Under the pieces are notes generated by a model. The model saw only the letters and a list, made by a program, of their open reading frames with translations. It searched no databases and was not told where the DNA came from. A stretch of 40,794 nucleotides of DNA, from positions 1 to 40,794 of the IMG/VR virus record IMGVR_UViG_3300020045_001198. The stretch is one strand, 5' to 3'. Below, piece by piece: positions 26,599 to 35,353 of this stretch. The stretch comes from a virus (Duplodnaviria; Caudoviricetes). Both the position numbers and the translations under genes were made by a program. The stretch's first letter is position 1. Every line of letters starts with the position of its first letter.

Positions 26599-26806
26599 TT
26601 TTATCGAACTCCCATTCCTCTTCATCGTACTCCATACTCGTTGGTATGAACTCTGAGAACTCCAACCGTCGAGCCTTTTCTACAACTTCATCCCAGTCTA
26701 CGGGCTCGTCGACATCGACACATGCCCCTCCCCGCATCTCGAAGGTTCCCTTTCGGGTGAAAGCGACATTCACCCTACTCGTTTTGACAGACTTGAACTT
26801 AGACAA
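26591..26806 (-). CDS. Hypothetical protein (71 aa)
   Basis: TTG 26806 overlapping SSB stop is a more plausible start than 26929; acidic C-terminus. Confidence 0.55.
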   Translation of the reverse strand: MSKFKSVKTSRVNVAFTRKGTFEMRGGACVDVDEPVDWDEVVEKARRLEFSEFIPTSMEYDEEEWEFDKID

Positions 26807-27380
26807 CTTCGTCTTCGTCCTCATCCTGCCCAATGTCAGAAACGGAATCGTCAAGACCGAAGTCCTTCTTAAACCCCGAGAGTTCGTCCTTCTTCCGTCG
26901 TGCTTCGGCAGCCTTCTGGAAATATTCATCCTCTTCGTTGATCGGTTCGAGCTTCTCTCCGTTGTACGGAACTAGATCGAGGACTCGTACAGAACGGATG
27001 TATACGCCGTGCTTCATTCCCGGACCGTAATCAACTACATCGAACTTGACGTCTACGACAGAGCCGTTGCCAATCAGGGTGTCATCATCCCAAGGATCAC
27101 CGAGGATATCTGTGACTTTGATAGGCTTGTTCTTATCGCCCTTGTTATTCAATTCACGATGACGAAAGTGGAGATAGGGAGCGCCGTCTGCGTAATCATC
27201 CTTCTGCTTTACTCGGTCGCCGACACCCAGAGCCTTCATCTCCTTGATGACTGACTTGTCTACAATGAGGTCCATCTTCCATTCGAGGCCGTCCTTATTA
27301 TAATTAGGGATCGGCTTGCCGAGAATCTTTGCGTAATTTGCCTTGCCACGGAGGACGAGGGTTGTGCTCTTACTTGCCAT
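26799..27380 (-). CDS. Single-stranded DNA-binding protein (T7 gp2.5-like)
   Basis: G.A.YA, IGNGS.V.V, VRVLDLVPY motifs; acidic tail; own promoter. Confidence 0.85.
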   Translation of the reverse strand: MASKSTTLVLRGKANYAKILGKPIPNYNKDGLEWKMDLIVDKSVIKEMKALGVGDRVKQKDDYADGAPYLHFRHRELNNKGDKNKPIKVTDILGDPWDDDTLIGNGSVVDVKFDVVDYGPGMKHGVYIRSVRVLDLVPYNGEKLEPINEEDEYFQKAAEARRKKDELSGFKKDFGLDDSVSDIGQDEDEDEVV

Positions 27381-27409
27381 AAATTTACTTTTCCTTTTGC
27401 CTATACTGT

Positions 27410-27438
27410 ATTATAACATGTTACTAATGGTTTGTCAA
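27410..27438 (-). promoter_or_regulatory. Perfect sigma70 consensus promoter upstream of SSB
   Basis: TTGACA (27438-27433) - 17 bp - TATAAT (27415-27410), extended -10 TGn. Confidence 0.9.
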
Positions 27439-27596
27439 GGGTTTTCGTACCTTTTACACTCTTCGATACATTTATCTATCTCCTTGTCAACAGATATATA
27501 TTTCATTCCTCTTTCCATCCTGTTTTCATTTTCTTCTCCTAATTGATAAATCTTATCTAGAAGTTTACGAAGTTTCTCTTCAGATACCATTAACAT
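27435..27596 (-). CDS. Hypothetical protein (53 aa); not in ORF track
   Basis: GGAGG SD; MLMVSEEKLRKLLDKIY...KRYENP; directly follows upstream stop. Confidence 0.6.
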   Translation of the reverse strand: MLMVSEEKLRKLLDKIYQLGEENENRMERGMKYISVDKEIDKCIEECKRYENP

Positions 27597-28304
27597 TTAT
27601 ACCTCCACCGTGATAGGTTTCCATTCCGGATTTTCTCCAGGATACCCTCTAGGGTTACATACCACTCGAACACCTTCTACAACCTTATCTGCACCCTTAT
27701 GGGTATGACCGTGGCACCACACAAGGATGTTGTCAGAGTAGTCTTTCAGAAGTTGACGCATATGTAGATTGTAATACCAGTCGTTGGAGAAGTGTCCTTC
27801 GTACTCAGGATTCAACGTCTCTGTACAAGGGGCAGTATGGGTTACAACAACACCCTTCAGTTGGTACCTCTTCCAGTTCAGCAAACTCTCCTTGATGTAC
27901 TTATAGTCCCTGTAGGCTAGCTCGTTCACATGCTGCGCGGTGAGGACACACCTGTTACTGTCATTCATGTACCCCTTCCATACGTCTTCGTCTGTGACGC
28001 AGTACCACCCGTTCCTTGCCACGAAAGGTACGCCCTCGACTACGCCCTCTGCTTTGTGGTCTTCTCGGAATCTCGCAGACGTCTCAAGACAGTCCCGGCT
28101 TTGGGAGTAGTTCGCGTAATGCTCGTGGTTCCCGTCAGTGGCTATGACGGTGAATCCCTTGTTCTTTAACTTCTGAAGAAACTTCAAACCTTCTAAACCG
28201 TTACTAGTATCTCCAGCTACTACGACGATTTCTTCTAATAGGTCGTAAGGAGTTCTATCTTGTGGGAAATCCACATGCATATCACTTATCAATGAAAATT
28301 TCAT
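27597..28304 (-). CDS. Calcineurin-like metallophosphoesterase (second)
   Basis: SDMH, AGD, GNHE, THTAP, HGHTH, NPRGY. Confidence 0.9.
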   Translation of the reverse strand: MKFSLISDMHVDFPQDRTPYDLLEEIVVVAGDTSNGLEGLKFLQKLKNKGFTVIATDGNHEHYANYSQSRDCLETSARFREDHKAEGVVEGVPFVARNGWYCVTDEDVWKGYMNDSNRCVLTAQHVNELAYRDYKYIKESLLNWKRYQLKGVVVTHTAPCTETLNPEYEGHFSNDWYYNLHMRQLLKDYSDNILVWCHGHTHKGADKVVEGVRVVCNPRGYPGENPEWKPITVEV

Positions 28305-28314
28305 ACGTACCTTT

Positions 28315-30186
28315 CTAATGCGTCTCCGCCCACGTCAATCCAACCTTCGAGTCACACTCAATGGGCAGATTGTAATTGAAGAAATGTCCGGCTTTCGCGA
28401 AACTCGATCTACAAAGTTCCTCAAATCTCTCAACGTCACAGAGTTTGACGTCGTATTGCCATTCGTCGTGGATATCTCCACATTTAATAGCGTCCAATCC
28501 CAGACGTCTAATACCTTCTGTGACATAAATAGAAGCCTTCTTCATTATACGAGACTCATCTCCTTGTAGGAGATAACCCAATCTCGTATGCATTTGTTTG
28601 ACTAGGACAGGTGTTCCGTCGCAAAGGACAACTCTTCCAGTTCGCTCCACCTGTCGTTTAAGGTCAAGCAGTAGACGTTCAAGTCCTGGAAAATTTCCGA
28701 TAAATCTTGCTTTAGTTTGTTTGCCGCTTTTCGGCGTTCCTCCAGTGATGACACCGACCTTTGCGTCACCTGCTCCCAACAAGAATGCGTAGATAAAAGT
28801 CTTCGCGACACTCCTTGTTGCAAAGCCTCCAATTTCTTGGTTGTAAGAGTGTGGGTCTCCGTTGAGTACTGCATCTATGAACTCCTTGTTATTTAGGTGA
28901 TGAGCGAGAACACGTAACTGAATACCTTTGGCGTCAACGCCAACCAGACGCCTATTGATACGATCCCTAGTAGTCCAAAGATCACGCGCTTCATATGTGA
29001 ACACACCGTCCACACCACGTAACGGTTCCTCGGACTTAGAGAGGCGTACAGCCGGTATATTCGCGGTGTTAGGATTGCTATGCCTGTAACGGAGAGTATT
29101 AGCCAACCAGAGACGGCCATGTATGCATCCAGTGGTATCATCATACGCCTCTATCCAAGTGTTTATCATGTTTGCACGAGAGTTGTATTCCAACCACGAT
29201 GCGATCAGTACAATTTCTTCGCATCCTTCACCTCCTTCGTCAACATATCGTTGGAGAGAAGGTACGAGTTGACCCTTCTTAGTCGGCGTAGGAGAACCTT
29301 TCTCTCCTTTACGAGTTCCGTTCTTGATGACAGTCCATTCATCGTCTAGCGGTTCCCATCCAAGTTCAAGGAGTTTTGCAACTCTTTGAGCTGGGCTTCC
29401 AACATTGAAATGGACGTAGTCAAAACCTGTATATCCTCCGTCTGCATCGAGGGAAACAGACTGATATTGATCAATGTGCCGAGCATAGTTCGCAGTAAAT
29501 GTGCCGTCTTTCTTACGTGCTTTGCCGAACTTTCTGACAGGTAACAATTCCGGAGGCCATCTCCGTTCGATTCCAGCGAGTAACTCATTCTCTATTCCTC
29601 TCAACTCTACGTACAGAAGATGGGCTTTCTTGATGTCGAAAGGGAAGCCGTTCTGCTGTTGCCGTTGTATGATCTGCCAACTACGATGTTCAATATCTAG
29701 ACCTACGTTAGTGAAGCCAAGCGAGGACATCCTCTCAGACAGGACTTGGTAAAGGAGGACGTTCAGCCGGACGTCATTCATGCAGTACTCTTCCATCTCA
29801 GGAGAGTACTTAGAGAAATCCGAGAAATCTCCTTTAGCATGACCAAGCCGACGACCCCAGTCTCCCAATCCGTGACCACCTTCAAGAGAAGGACTGTACA
29901 CCATACTCATCAACATCGTGTCGATAATACGACCTATGGTTATCTTCGTACCTACCAACCTGTTCAGGGTCGGGGCGTCGTATCCGATAAAATTATGACC
30001 GACAAAACGGCAGTCATCACTGATCCTAGAAGTACACCACTCGCGAATATCAACATAGTCTCTTAACCTTACCTCCTCACCTGTCCCTATGTTCTTGGCG
30101 CAGACACAGTACACGACCGTGCTAGGTATGAGGTCGCCTTCTATGTCAACTATCCAGAGCTTCTCTGGTGGTGTTGTCAGGTACAT
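28315..30186 (-). CDS. DNA polymerase family A with 3'-5' exonuclease (T7 gp5-like)
   Basis: DIEGD, GHN..GYD, YC.ND exo motifs; DAKGIQLR, R..AKTFIY, HDE, W.ETH. Confidence 0.95.
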   Translation of the reverse strand: MYLTTPPEKLWIVDIEGDLIPSTVVYCVCAKNIGTGEEVRLRDYVDIREWCTSRISDDCRFVGHNFIGYDAPTLNRLVGTKITIGRIIDTMLMSMVYSPSLEGGHGLGDWGRRLGHAKGDFSDFSKYSPEMEEYCMNDVRLNVLLYQVLSERMSSLGFTNVGLDIEHRSWQIIQRQQQNGFPFDIKKAHLLYVELRGIENELLAGIERRWPPELLPVRKFGKARKKDGTFTANYARHIDQYQSVSLDADGGYTGFDYVHFNVGSPAQRVAKLLELGWEPLDDEWTVIKNGTRKGEKGSPTPTKKGQLVPSLQRYVDEGGEGCEEIVLIASWLEYNSRANMINTWIEAYDDTTGCIHGRLWLANTLRYRHSNPNTANIPAVRLSKSEEPLRGVDGVFTYEARDLWTTRDRINRRLVGVDAKGIQLRVLAHHLNNKEFIDAVLNGDPHSYNQEIGGFATRSVAKTFIYAFLLGAGDAKVGVITGGTPKSGKQTKARFIGNFPGLERLLLDLKRQVERTGRVVLCDGTPVLVKQMHTRLGYLLQGDESRIMKKASIYVTEGIRRLGLDAIKCGDIHDEWQYDVKLCDVERFEELCRSSFAKAGHFFNYNLPIECDSKVGLTWAETH

Positions 30187-31811
30187 CAGAAGGGTATCTG
30201 GTCATCAGTCAAGGCGTCTCCCCTTTCATAAATATCTATATGCTCTTCGGAAAGTTCTGAAAGACGTCCCGTCGAAGGGTTATACCAAACCCAAAGGCAC
30301 GGGCCAGTTTTTCCACTAAATCTATTTTTCTCTATAACAATTTTGGAAACGTTTCTTCGCCACTCATTGCGGTCTTTCCTATCCCTGTGAAGAGACATGT
30401 GTATATTGGCAACCTGCTCAGGTCCTGCGCTTCCTCTTGCAGTTCCTTGACGATTTATATGGATTACACAAAAAACTGCAATGTCTAGCTCAATAGTCAT
30501 TGTCTTCAACTTGGTACTTATCTCGTCAAGCTCTTTACGTTCGTCTCCTGACTGATCAGACACAATAATAGAAAGGTGATCGATAAAAACATACCGACAT
30601 CCTAGCGCCACCATGTTCCTCACTTTATCGATAATAACATCAATCTTGTTACTGCCGAATGAATCGTAAAGAATAGCCCTTGAGTCCCCGAAAACTTCAG
30701 CATGGGCTGAAGAAATTTCTTCCGGTGTTTTATATGTGTCTGGCAAATGTAAAGGCTTATTTGTATGAATTGAAAGAAGACCTAGAGCAGTGTCGTAGTT
30801 TGGTTCTTCAAGATGAAGAAAACCCACTCCGTAACCCTTTTCCTTAATTTCAGGGTTTCGTAAAAGAGAGTACTCAATTTCTTTCAATATAGAAGTCTTT
30901 CCAGATCCTGTTTCAGCCATGAGAAGCACTGCTTCAGAAAGGCGAATACCGTATGTCATATTATTCAAAGAGGGCCAGGGGTAGGGCACTGAGAAATGTT
31001 GGGGGCGATTGAGAATATCCACTAACATGTCTTTAGCTAGGACAAGACCATCAGGCTTATGCTCTGGTGCGTCCCACCATTCCTTTACGAATGACGTCTC
31101 CTTACTGAGGACGTAATCGTTAGGGTCCTTACCTTTCCGTAGGGTCATGATCTTGACCTTACCGAGAGGGAAGCCTATGTTGGCTACTTCGGAAGCTGCC
31201 TTCTTTCCTGCTTCGTCATTGTCAAAACAGAATACAATCGTTGGGAAGGAGTTCAGGTACTCGAAGTCTGCCTTACAGTCCCGTACGGCGGTGCTGGCGC
31301 TGTGTACGGACACGGCAGGATACTTACTGCCAAGGAGCTGGAATGCCGCCATAGCGTCGTCCTGGCCCTCACAGACGGTAATAGCTTTAGCACTGCCGGG
31401 AGGGAAGGCATGACGTCCGAAGAGACCTAGGTTACGGGCCGAGCCTTCGTACGCAAACCTTTTATTGGGGGAGCGAATCTTGTTCCCGACGTGTTGCCCT
31501 TCAACATTAAACATCGGGTACTTAGCTTCGTACGACGCAGAGTCATTCCCTACGTCTACTTTGTAGCGTTCGATTGTCTCACGCTGGAGACCTCTGGCCG
31601 TAAAAGGCCTAGCTACGGGAGATAAAGGTGAGAACGGCGATGGTCTACTTTCTTCTTGTCTGACCTCAGCGTCGTTGTCATTGTCGTCCCCTTCAGGGGG
31701 GAAGTTCGTACCACAAGAGAAACACTTCTGCCATCCATTTTTCTGGATCGACAGAGCGTCACTCGAACCGCACTTCTTGCAGGGTAGGTGTGTTTTTGTT
31801 TTCATTTTCAC
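30186..31811 (-). CDS. Primase-helicase (T7 gp4-like)
   Basis: CxxC..SDA..CFSC zinc ribbon; TOPRIM EG.DD and FDND; AETGSGKT, IDHLSI, KNRFSG.TG. Confidence 0.95.
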   Translation of the reverse strand: MKMKTKTHLPCKKCGSSDALSIQKNGWQKCFSCGTNFPPEGDDNDNDAEVRQEESRPSPFSPLSPVARPFTARGLQRETIERYKVDVGNDSASYEAKYPMFNVEGQHVGNKIRSPNKRFAYEGSARNLGLFGRHAFPPGSAKAITVCEGQDDAMAAFQLLGSKYPAVSVHSASTAVRDCKADFEYLNSFPTIVFCFDNDEAGKKAASEVANIGFPLGKVKIMTLRKGKDPNDYVLSKETSFVKEWWDAPEHKPDGLVLAKDMLVDILNRPQHFSVPYPWPSLNNMTYGIRLSEAVLLMAETGSGKTSILKEIEYSLLRNPEIKEKGYGVGFLHLEEPNYDTALGLLSIHTNKPLHLPDTYKTPEEISSAHAEVFGDSRAILYDSFGSNKIDVIIDKVRNMVALGCRYVFIDHLSIIVSDQSGDERKELDEISTKLKTMTIELDIAVFCVIHINRQGTARGSAGPEQVANIHMSLHRDRKDRNEWRRNVSKIVIEKNRFSGKTGPCLWVWYNPSTGRLSELSEEHIDIYERGDALTDDQIPF

Positions 31812-31900
31812 CCTTGTACTCTAGAGAGTATCTTAATTATTATTACTAATCATAAGTTAATTAATTATCTATATATCTCTTAACCTATCCTTATAGGATA

Positions 31901-31929
31901 AGTATACCATACAAGGATAGGTTTGTCAA
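31901..31929 (-). promoter_or_regulatory. Sigma70-type promoter upstream of primase-helicase, overlapped by an inverted repeat
   Basis: TTGACA (31929-31924) - 17 bp - TATACT (31906-31901), extended -10; IR 31882-31892/31913-31923. Confidence 0.85.
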
Positions 31930-31938
31930 GAGAAATCT

Positions 31939-32148
31939 TCACTCGGTAAGAACGTCTTCAACTTCGTCAGGTAGGAGGTATTCTCCCCACTCCTGTACGA
32001 GTTGCTCCGATACCTCGTCTTCGGAGAAAGGTTCAAAGATCTCGTTTATGATTGATAGACATGTACCACAAGGTTCAAAATCTTGATGGTTTTTATTCTC
32101 TTTAATCTCTTCTTCAGAGAGAATCGAGTTGCAGATGTGGCAACGAAT
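31939..32148 (-). CDS. Small C4 zinc-finger protein (69 aa) with apparent ATT start; not in ORF track
   Basis: AAGGA SD then ATT-RCHICNSIL...PCGTCL, acidic tail; in-frame TGA five codons upstream. Confidence 0.7.
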   Translation of the reverse strand: MRCHICNSILSEEEIKENKNHQDFEPCGTCLSIINEIFEPFSEDEVSEQLVQEWGEYLLPDEVEDVLTE

Positions 32149-32183
32149 GGTGAATTCCTTTCACTCTTATTGTTACTAATTGC

Positions 32184-32591
32184 TTACCACTTAAAGGGAC
32201 GTTTTGTACGAGTCTTCGCTCCTGTCGTAAGATGGAGGACGTTACAATGATTACCTGAATTACTATTAAGGAAACGAGTCACAAGCCTGAAGCCCTTCTT
32301 CTTCAGTGTCTCGGCCCACATCAGCATCTGCTGATCTGTAAGAACAACCTTGATGAGATGGTTGACTTTCCAATTCTTTGGAAGCTCTTCCGGAAGAGGG
32401 CTTTCGTCGTGCCAACCTCGTCGACTTGAAATAGTATCGATGTAGTTCTGGAGTACGTTTTCTCGGATTTCTCTGTAAGATTCGTCCAGAGTTCGATCTA
32501 GTGCAGTCTCCCAGATAGGGGAACACTCGTAAGGAAAGTTTGAAACGTGAGAGATACCACAACACCCTCCGCCGTGCTCGCCATAGTTCAT
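32184..32591 (-). CDS. Unknown 'CCG...NxNSGN' family protein, paralog 1
   Basis: HGGGCCGISH, LTDQQ...W...L...GF...RFLNSNSGN; ATGA coupling. Confidence 0.8.
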   Translation of the reverse strand: MNYGEHGGGCCGISHVSNFPYECSPIWETALDRTLDESYREIRENVLQNYIDTISSRRGWHDESPLPEELPKNWKVNHLIKVVLTDQQMLMWAETLKKKGFRLVTRFLNSNSGNHCNVLHLTTGAKTRTKRPFKW

Positions 32592-33163
32592 AGGAACTGC
32601 ACTCCTGCGACAGTGTTATATTCTTGTAAAAATTCTCTCCAAGAAGAGTTCGGAGGGGTGACTGCTGGAAAAGGTCGTGGCATTACGGTAAGTTCTTCAA
32701 CCTTTTCAGGAGTAGCTTCTTCAGGAGTGTCTTCATCGCTATCCCAATCAAAGGGTGGGGGATCATTAGGCGTCTCCTCAGGAACATACGTCAGCAGTGA
32801 TACGTAATTCCCTGAGTTGTCGTTGAACCACCTCCGATGGAACTTAAAGCCGATCTCTTTCAGTGGTTTCTTCCAAGCGATGACCTGCTTGTCAGTCAAT
32901 GTGATCTCGATTAGGAAGGAGTAATCACGACCTACCCATCGGAAGTCTGACTCCTTATCCCAAGGACGAGTTCGACCGTCTTCTGTGTAACCGTCTGTCC
33001 CGTGGAATGAACGATTATTCTTCGTCTTCTGCTCGGCGTTTTTAAGTGCTCTAAAAAGAGAACTCTTGAACTCCTCGACGCGTTCTTTCTCCGCGTTGAA
33101 TCCGAAGGAGTAAATGTGGTTTGCTCCGCAGCACGAGCCTCCGTGACTAGTTATTTCAAACAT
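32588..33163 (-). CDS. Unknown 'CCG...NxNSGN' family protein, paralog 2
   Basis: HGGSCCGANH, LTDKQ...W...L...GF...RWFNDNSGN; GGAG SD. Confidence 0.8.
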   Translation of the reverse strand: MFEITSHGGSCCGANHIYSFGFNAEKERVEEFKSSLFRALKNAEQKTKNNRSFHGTDGYTEDGRTRPWDKESDFRWVGRDYSFLIEITLTDKQVIAWKKPLKEIGFKFHRRWFNDNSGNYVSLLTYVPEETPNDPPPFDWDSDEDTPEEATPEKVEELTVMPRPFPAVTPPNSSWREFLQEYNTVAGVQFL

Positions 33164-33164
33164 T

Positions 33165-33956
33165 TTAATTCTCCAAAGAGTTGAAGTAGTTCTTGTAATC
33201 TATGATGGTTTGCCCCTCCAAACCGGGGGCAGTATTAACTTCGAGGACGGTTGCTCTCCCTTTCGTTTCATTCCATATAACGTCTACTGCTCCGAAGTCA
33301 AGGTCAATTCTGTCAAAGACGACACGCGCCGCATCAAGACACTGATCAGGCATAGTAAAGCCACCCCTGATGAAGATAAACCCATTGTGATGGTTACGGA
33401 CTCTCCAGTCTGTAGGTTCTTCACCGTGACGTGTCGCTTTCTTTTGGATTGCGATGGTTTCAAGGGTGTTATCAAACTGTGCTGATCTACGGTCGCCTTC
33501 GGCGGATACCCGACGGAAGACTCGCTTCTTTCCGAGATGGATTCGGAACTCTTCTTTCTTCTTAAGATATTCCACGTACAACGAGGCATCTACAAGCTCC
33601 TGTCTGTTCTCGGCGATGACTATACCGCGTCCTGAGTGACCTTTCAGGACTGTCCTACATACGATAGGAAAGGCGTCGTCAGGGATACCTCTACGATCCT
33701 CCCAGAACCTTGGTATCACATCGGTATCTCCCATCCTACGAAAGAACTTAAGCTTGTTCGTAGCGGTGGAGAGTTCTTCTGCGTTACCGTTCAGACTTGG
33801 GAAAGGAGGGGGTCGGGAGTTCCCCCAGTTCACTATGAGATCCCTTTCCCGGTACCTGTACCTACTTCCTTCTAGCAGTAGAACACGTCCTCCTAACACG
33901 TCTGCTAAAGCTCGGGCAGACCTCGACCCTTGCTTGTATGGATATATCTTAATCAT
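33165..33956 (-). CDS. ATP-grasp ligase (RimK/glutathione synthetase-like, phiEco32 type)
   Basis: NWG, NKL, GHSGRGI, EFRIH, RNHHNGF, DFGAVDV, LEVNTAPG. Confidence 0.9.
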   Translation of the reverse strand: MIKIYPYKQGSRSARALADVLGGRVLLLEGSRYRYRERDLIVNWGNSRPPPFPSLNGNAEELSTATNKLKFFRRMGDTDVIPRFWEDRRGIPDDAFPIVCRTVLKGHSGRGIVIAENRQELVDASLYVEYLKKKEEFRIHLGKKRVFRRVSAEGDRRSAQFDNTLETIAIQKKATRHGEEPTDWRVRNHHNGFIFIRGGFTMPDQCLDAARVVFDRIDLDFGAVDVIWNETKGRATVLEVNTAPGLEGQTIIDYKNYFNSLEN

Positions 33957-35353
33957 CCAAAATCCTCATCCGCATCTTCGTTTCTTTCTAACCTTGCGTT
34001 TTCGATCTGCATCTCTGCCATAGTTCGTACCACACCTTGAGCAGGGACTCTATTTCTGATACGAGGAGTGACATCAAAATCTTCTGATCCTTCGAATGTG
34101 CCGTCTTGTCGATACCAATACGGATCTCCTACATTAATTCCATTAATGATCAGTTCGTTATTTTCCGATACTACGCAGTACAACCTGTTTTGCCCTTGCC
34201 TTGGAGATATATATAATCTCGCAGCATCGCCTGTAGTGAACTCAATAGGGAGATTGTAATCTACGTCGTCTCCTCGAAGGATGACGTCAAAGTCATGTTG
34301 CTGAGGAACTTCCACAGGTTCCGGAACTATAAATCTGTCCAACCCTCTAAGAGGATCACCTCGTCTAATACGAATGCCGGGGTCAACTCTAGTGAAAGAT
34401 GACCCCTTACTTGCAAAAGGGTTTGGGATGTACTCCTCATGAATCATCGGCTGCCATACTGACCAAGGATATCCTAGAACAATCTTCTGTGTCCTGCGGA
34501 ACCCGTCGAGACACATCCTGTCGAAGGCAGTGTTGTCGGGATGGTCTAGAACAGACTCGGTAAACCTTGGATGGAGGTTCTTACACACCTCCTTGAACAG
34601 TTCTCGTCCTCCCTTCTCCGACACACCAGAAGAAAGCAGAGACGGATTGGGATTGGCACTGGCGTAGTCGAACAACGCATCTACGAACAACGCCCAATCG
34701 ATAATTGGCTGGGGATCTTCGCTGGCCCTCATAACACGGAACTCGAAAGAACCCAACGTCGACATAGTTACTATGTTCAAGCCGGAGTACTTCATCTGTC
34801 CCTCGTCAAGAGGGTCACTACGTCCTTGTAGGTACTTGTCCCACCAGTCTGTAACGACTGTCTGCTCCGACGAAGGAAGACAGAAATGGTTTACCTTCCT
34901 TTCGTCTCCACACCAGTTAATCAGACACTCTTCGAAGATCGTCCACAACGTAATGACAGTCGTCAATTCGTCGAGACGCTTCCCTCCTACGTTCCTATGG
35001 ACGTGAGTAGAACACCGATTACTAAGATTGAATCGGATACCTGACTTCTGCATGGCGTCGTACAAACCGAGGACAAGGGTAGGGACTTCTCCCGCGTTAC
35101 AAGGTCGGTCAAGGACGTACTCGATAGCTTCCCCACGGAGCGACCCGTCAGCCTTGCCGAGCCACCTAGCACCTGTCTCAGGGCCGATAAGGAAGTCGAA
35201 CGTCGCGGGAGCAGGAAGGTTGTTCGCCTCAATCTCCAGTTCAAGTCCGATATCCCCTAGAAGATTCTTAGCAGCCACTGGCTGGTTCATCTTTCTTCCG
35301 GGGATACCGGAGACTTCCTTAATCCCTTCTTTATACACTTCAAGAAATGACAT
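33953..35353 (-). CDS. Putative amidoligase (Amidoligase_2-type COOH-NH2 ligase) with C-terminal extension
   Basis: GLELEIE, DGSLR, EY, STHVH, KYSGLN, GSFEFR. Confidence 0.9.
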   Translation of the reverse strand: MSFLEVYKEGIKEVSGIPGRKMNQPVAAKNLLGDIGLELEIEANNLPAPATFDFLIGPETGARWLGKADGSLRGEAIEYVLDRPCNAGEVPTLVLGLYDAMQKSGIRFNLSNRCSTHVHRNVGGKRLDELTTVITLWTIFEECLINWCGDERKVNHFCLPSSEQTVVTDWWDKYLQGRSDPLDEGQMKYSGLNIVTMSTLGSFEFRVMRASEDPQPIIDWALFVDALFDYASANPNPSLLSSGVSEKGGRELFKEVCKNLHPRFTESVLDHPDNTAFDRMCLDGFRRTQKIVLGYPWSVWQPMIHEEYIPNPFASKGSSFTRVDPGIRIRRGDPLRGLDRFIVPEPVEVPQQHDFDVILRGDDVDYNLPIEFTTGDAARLYISPRQGQNRLYCVVSENNELIINGINVGDPYWYRQDGTFEGSEDFDVTPRIRNRVPAQGVVRTMAEMQIENARLERNEDADEDFG

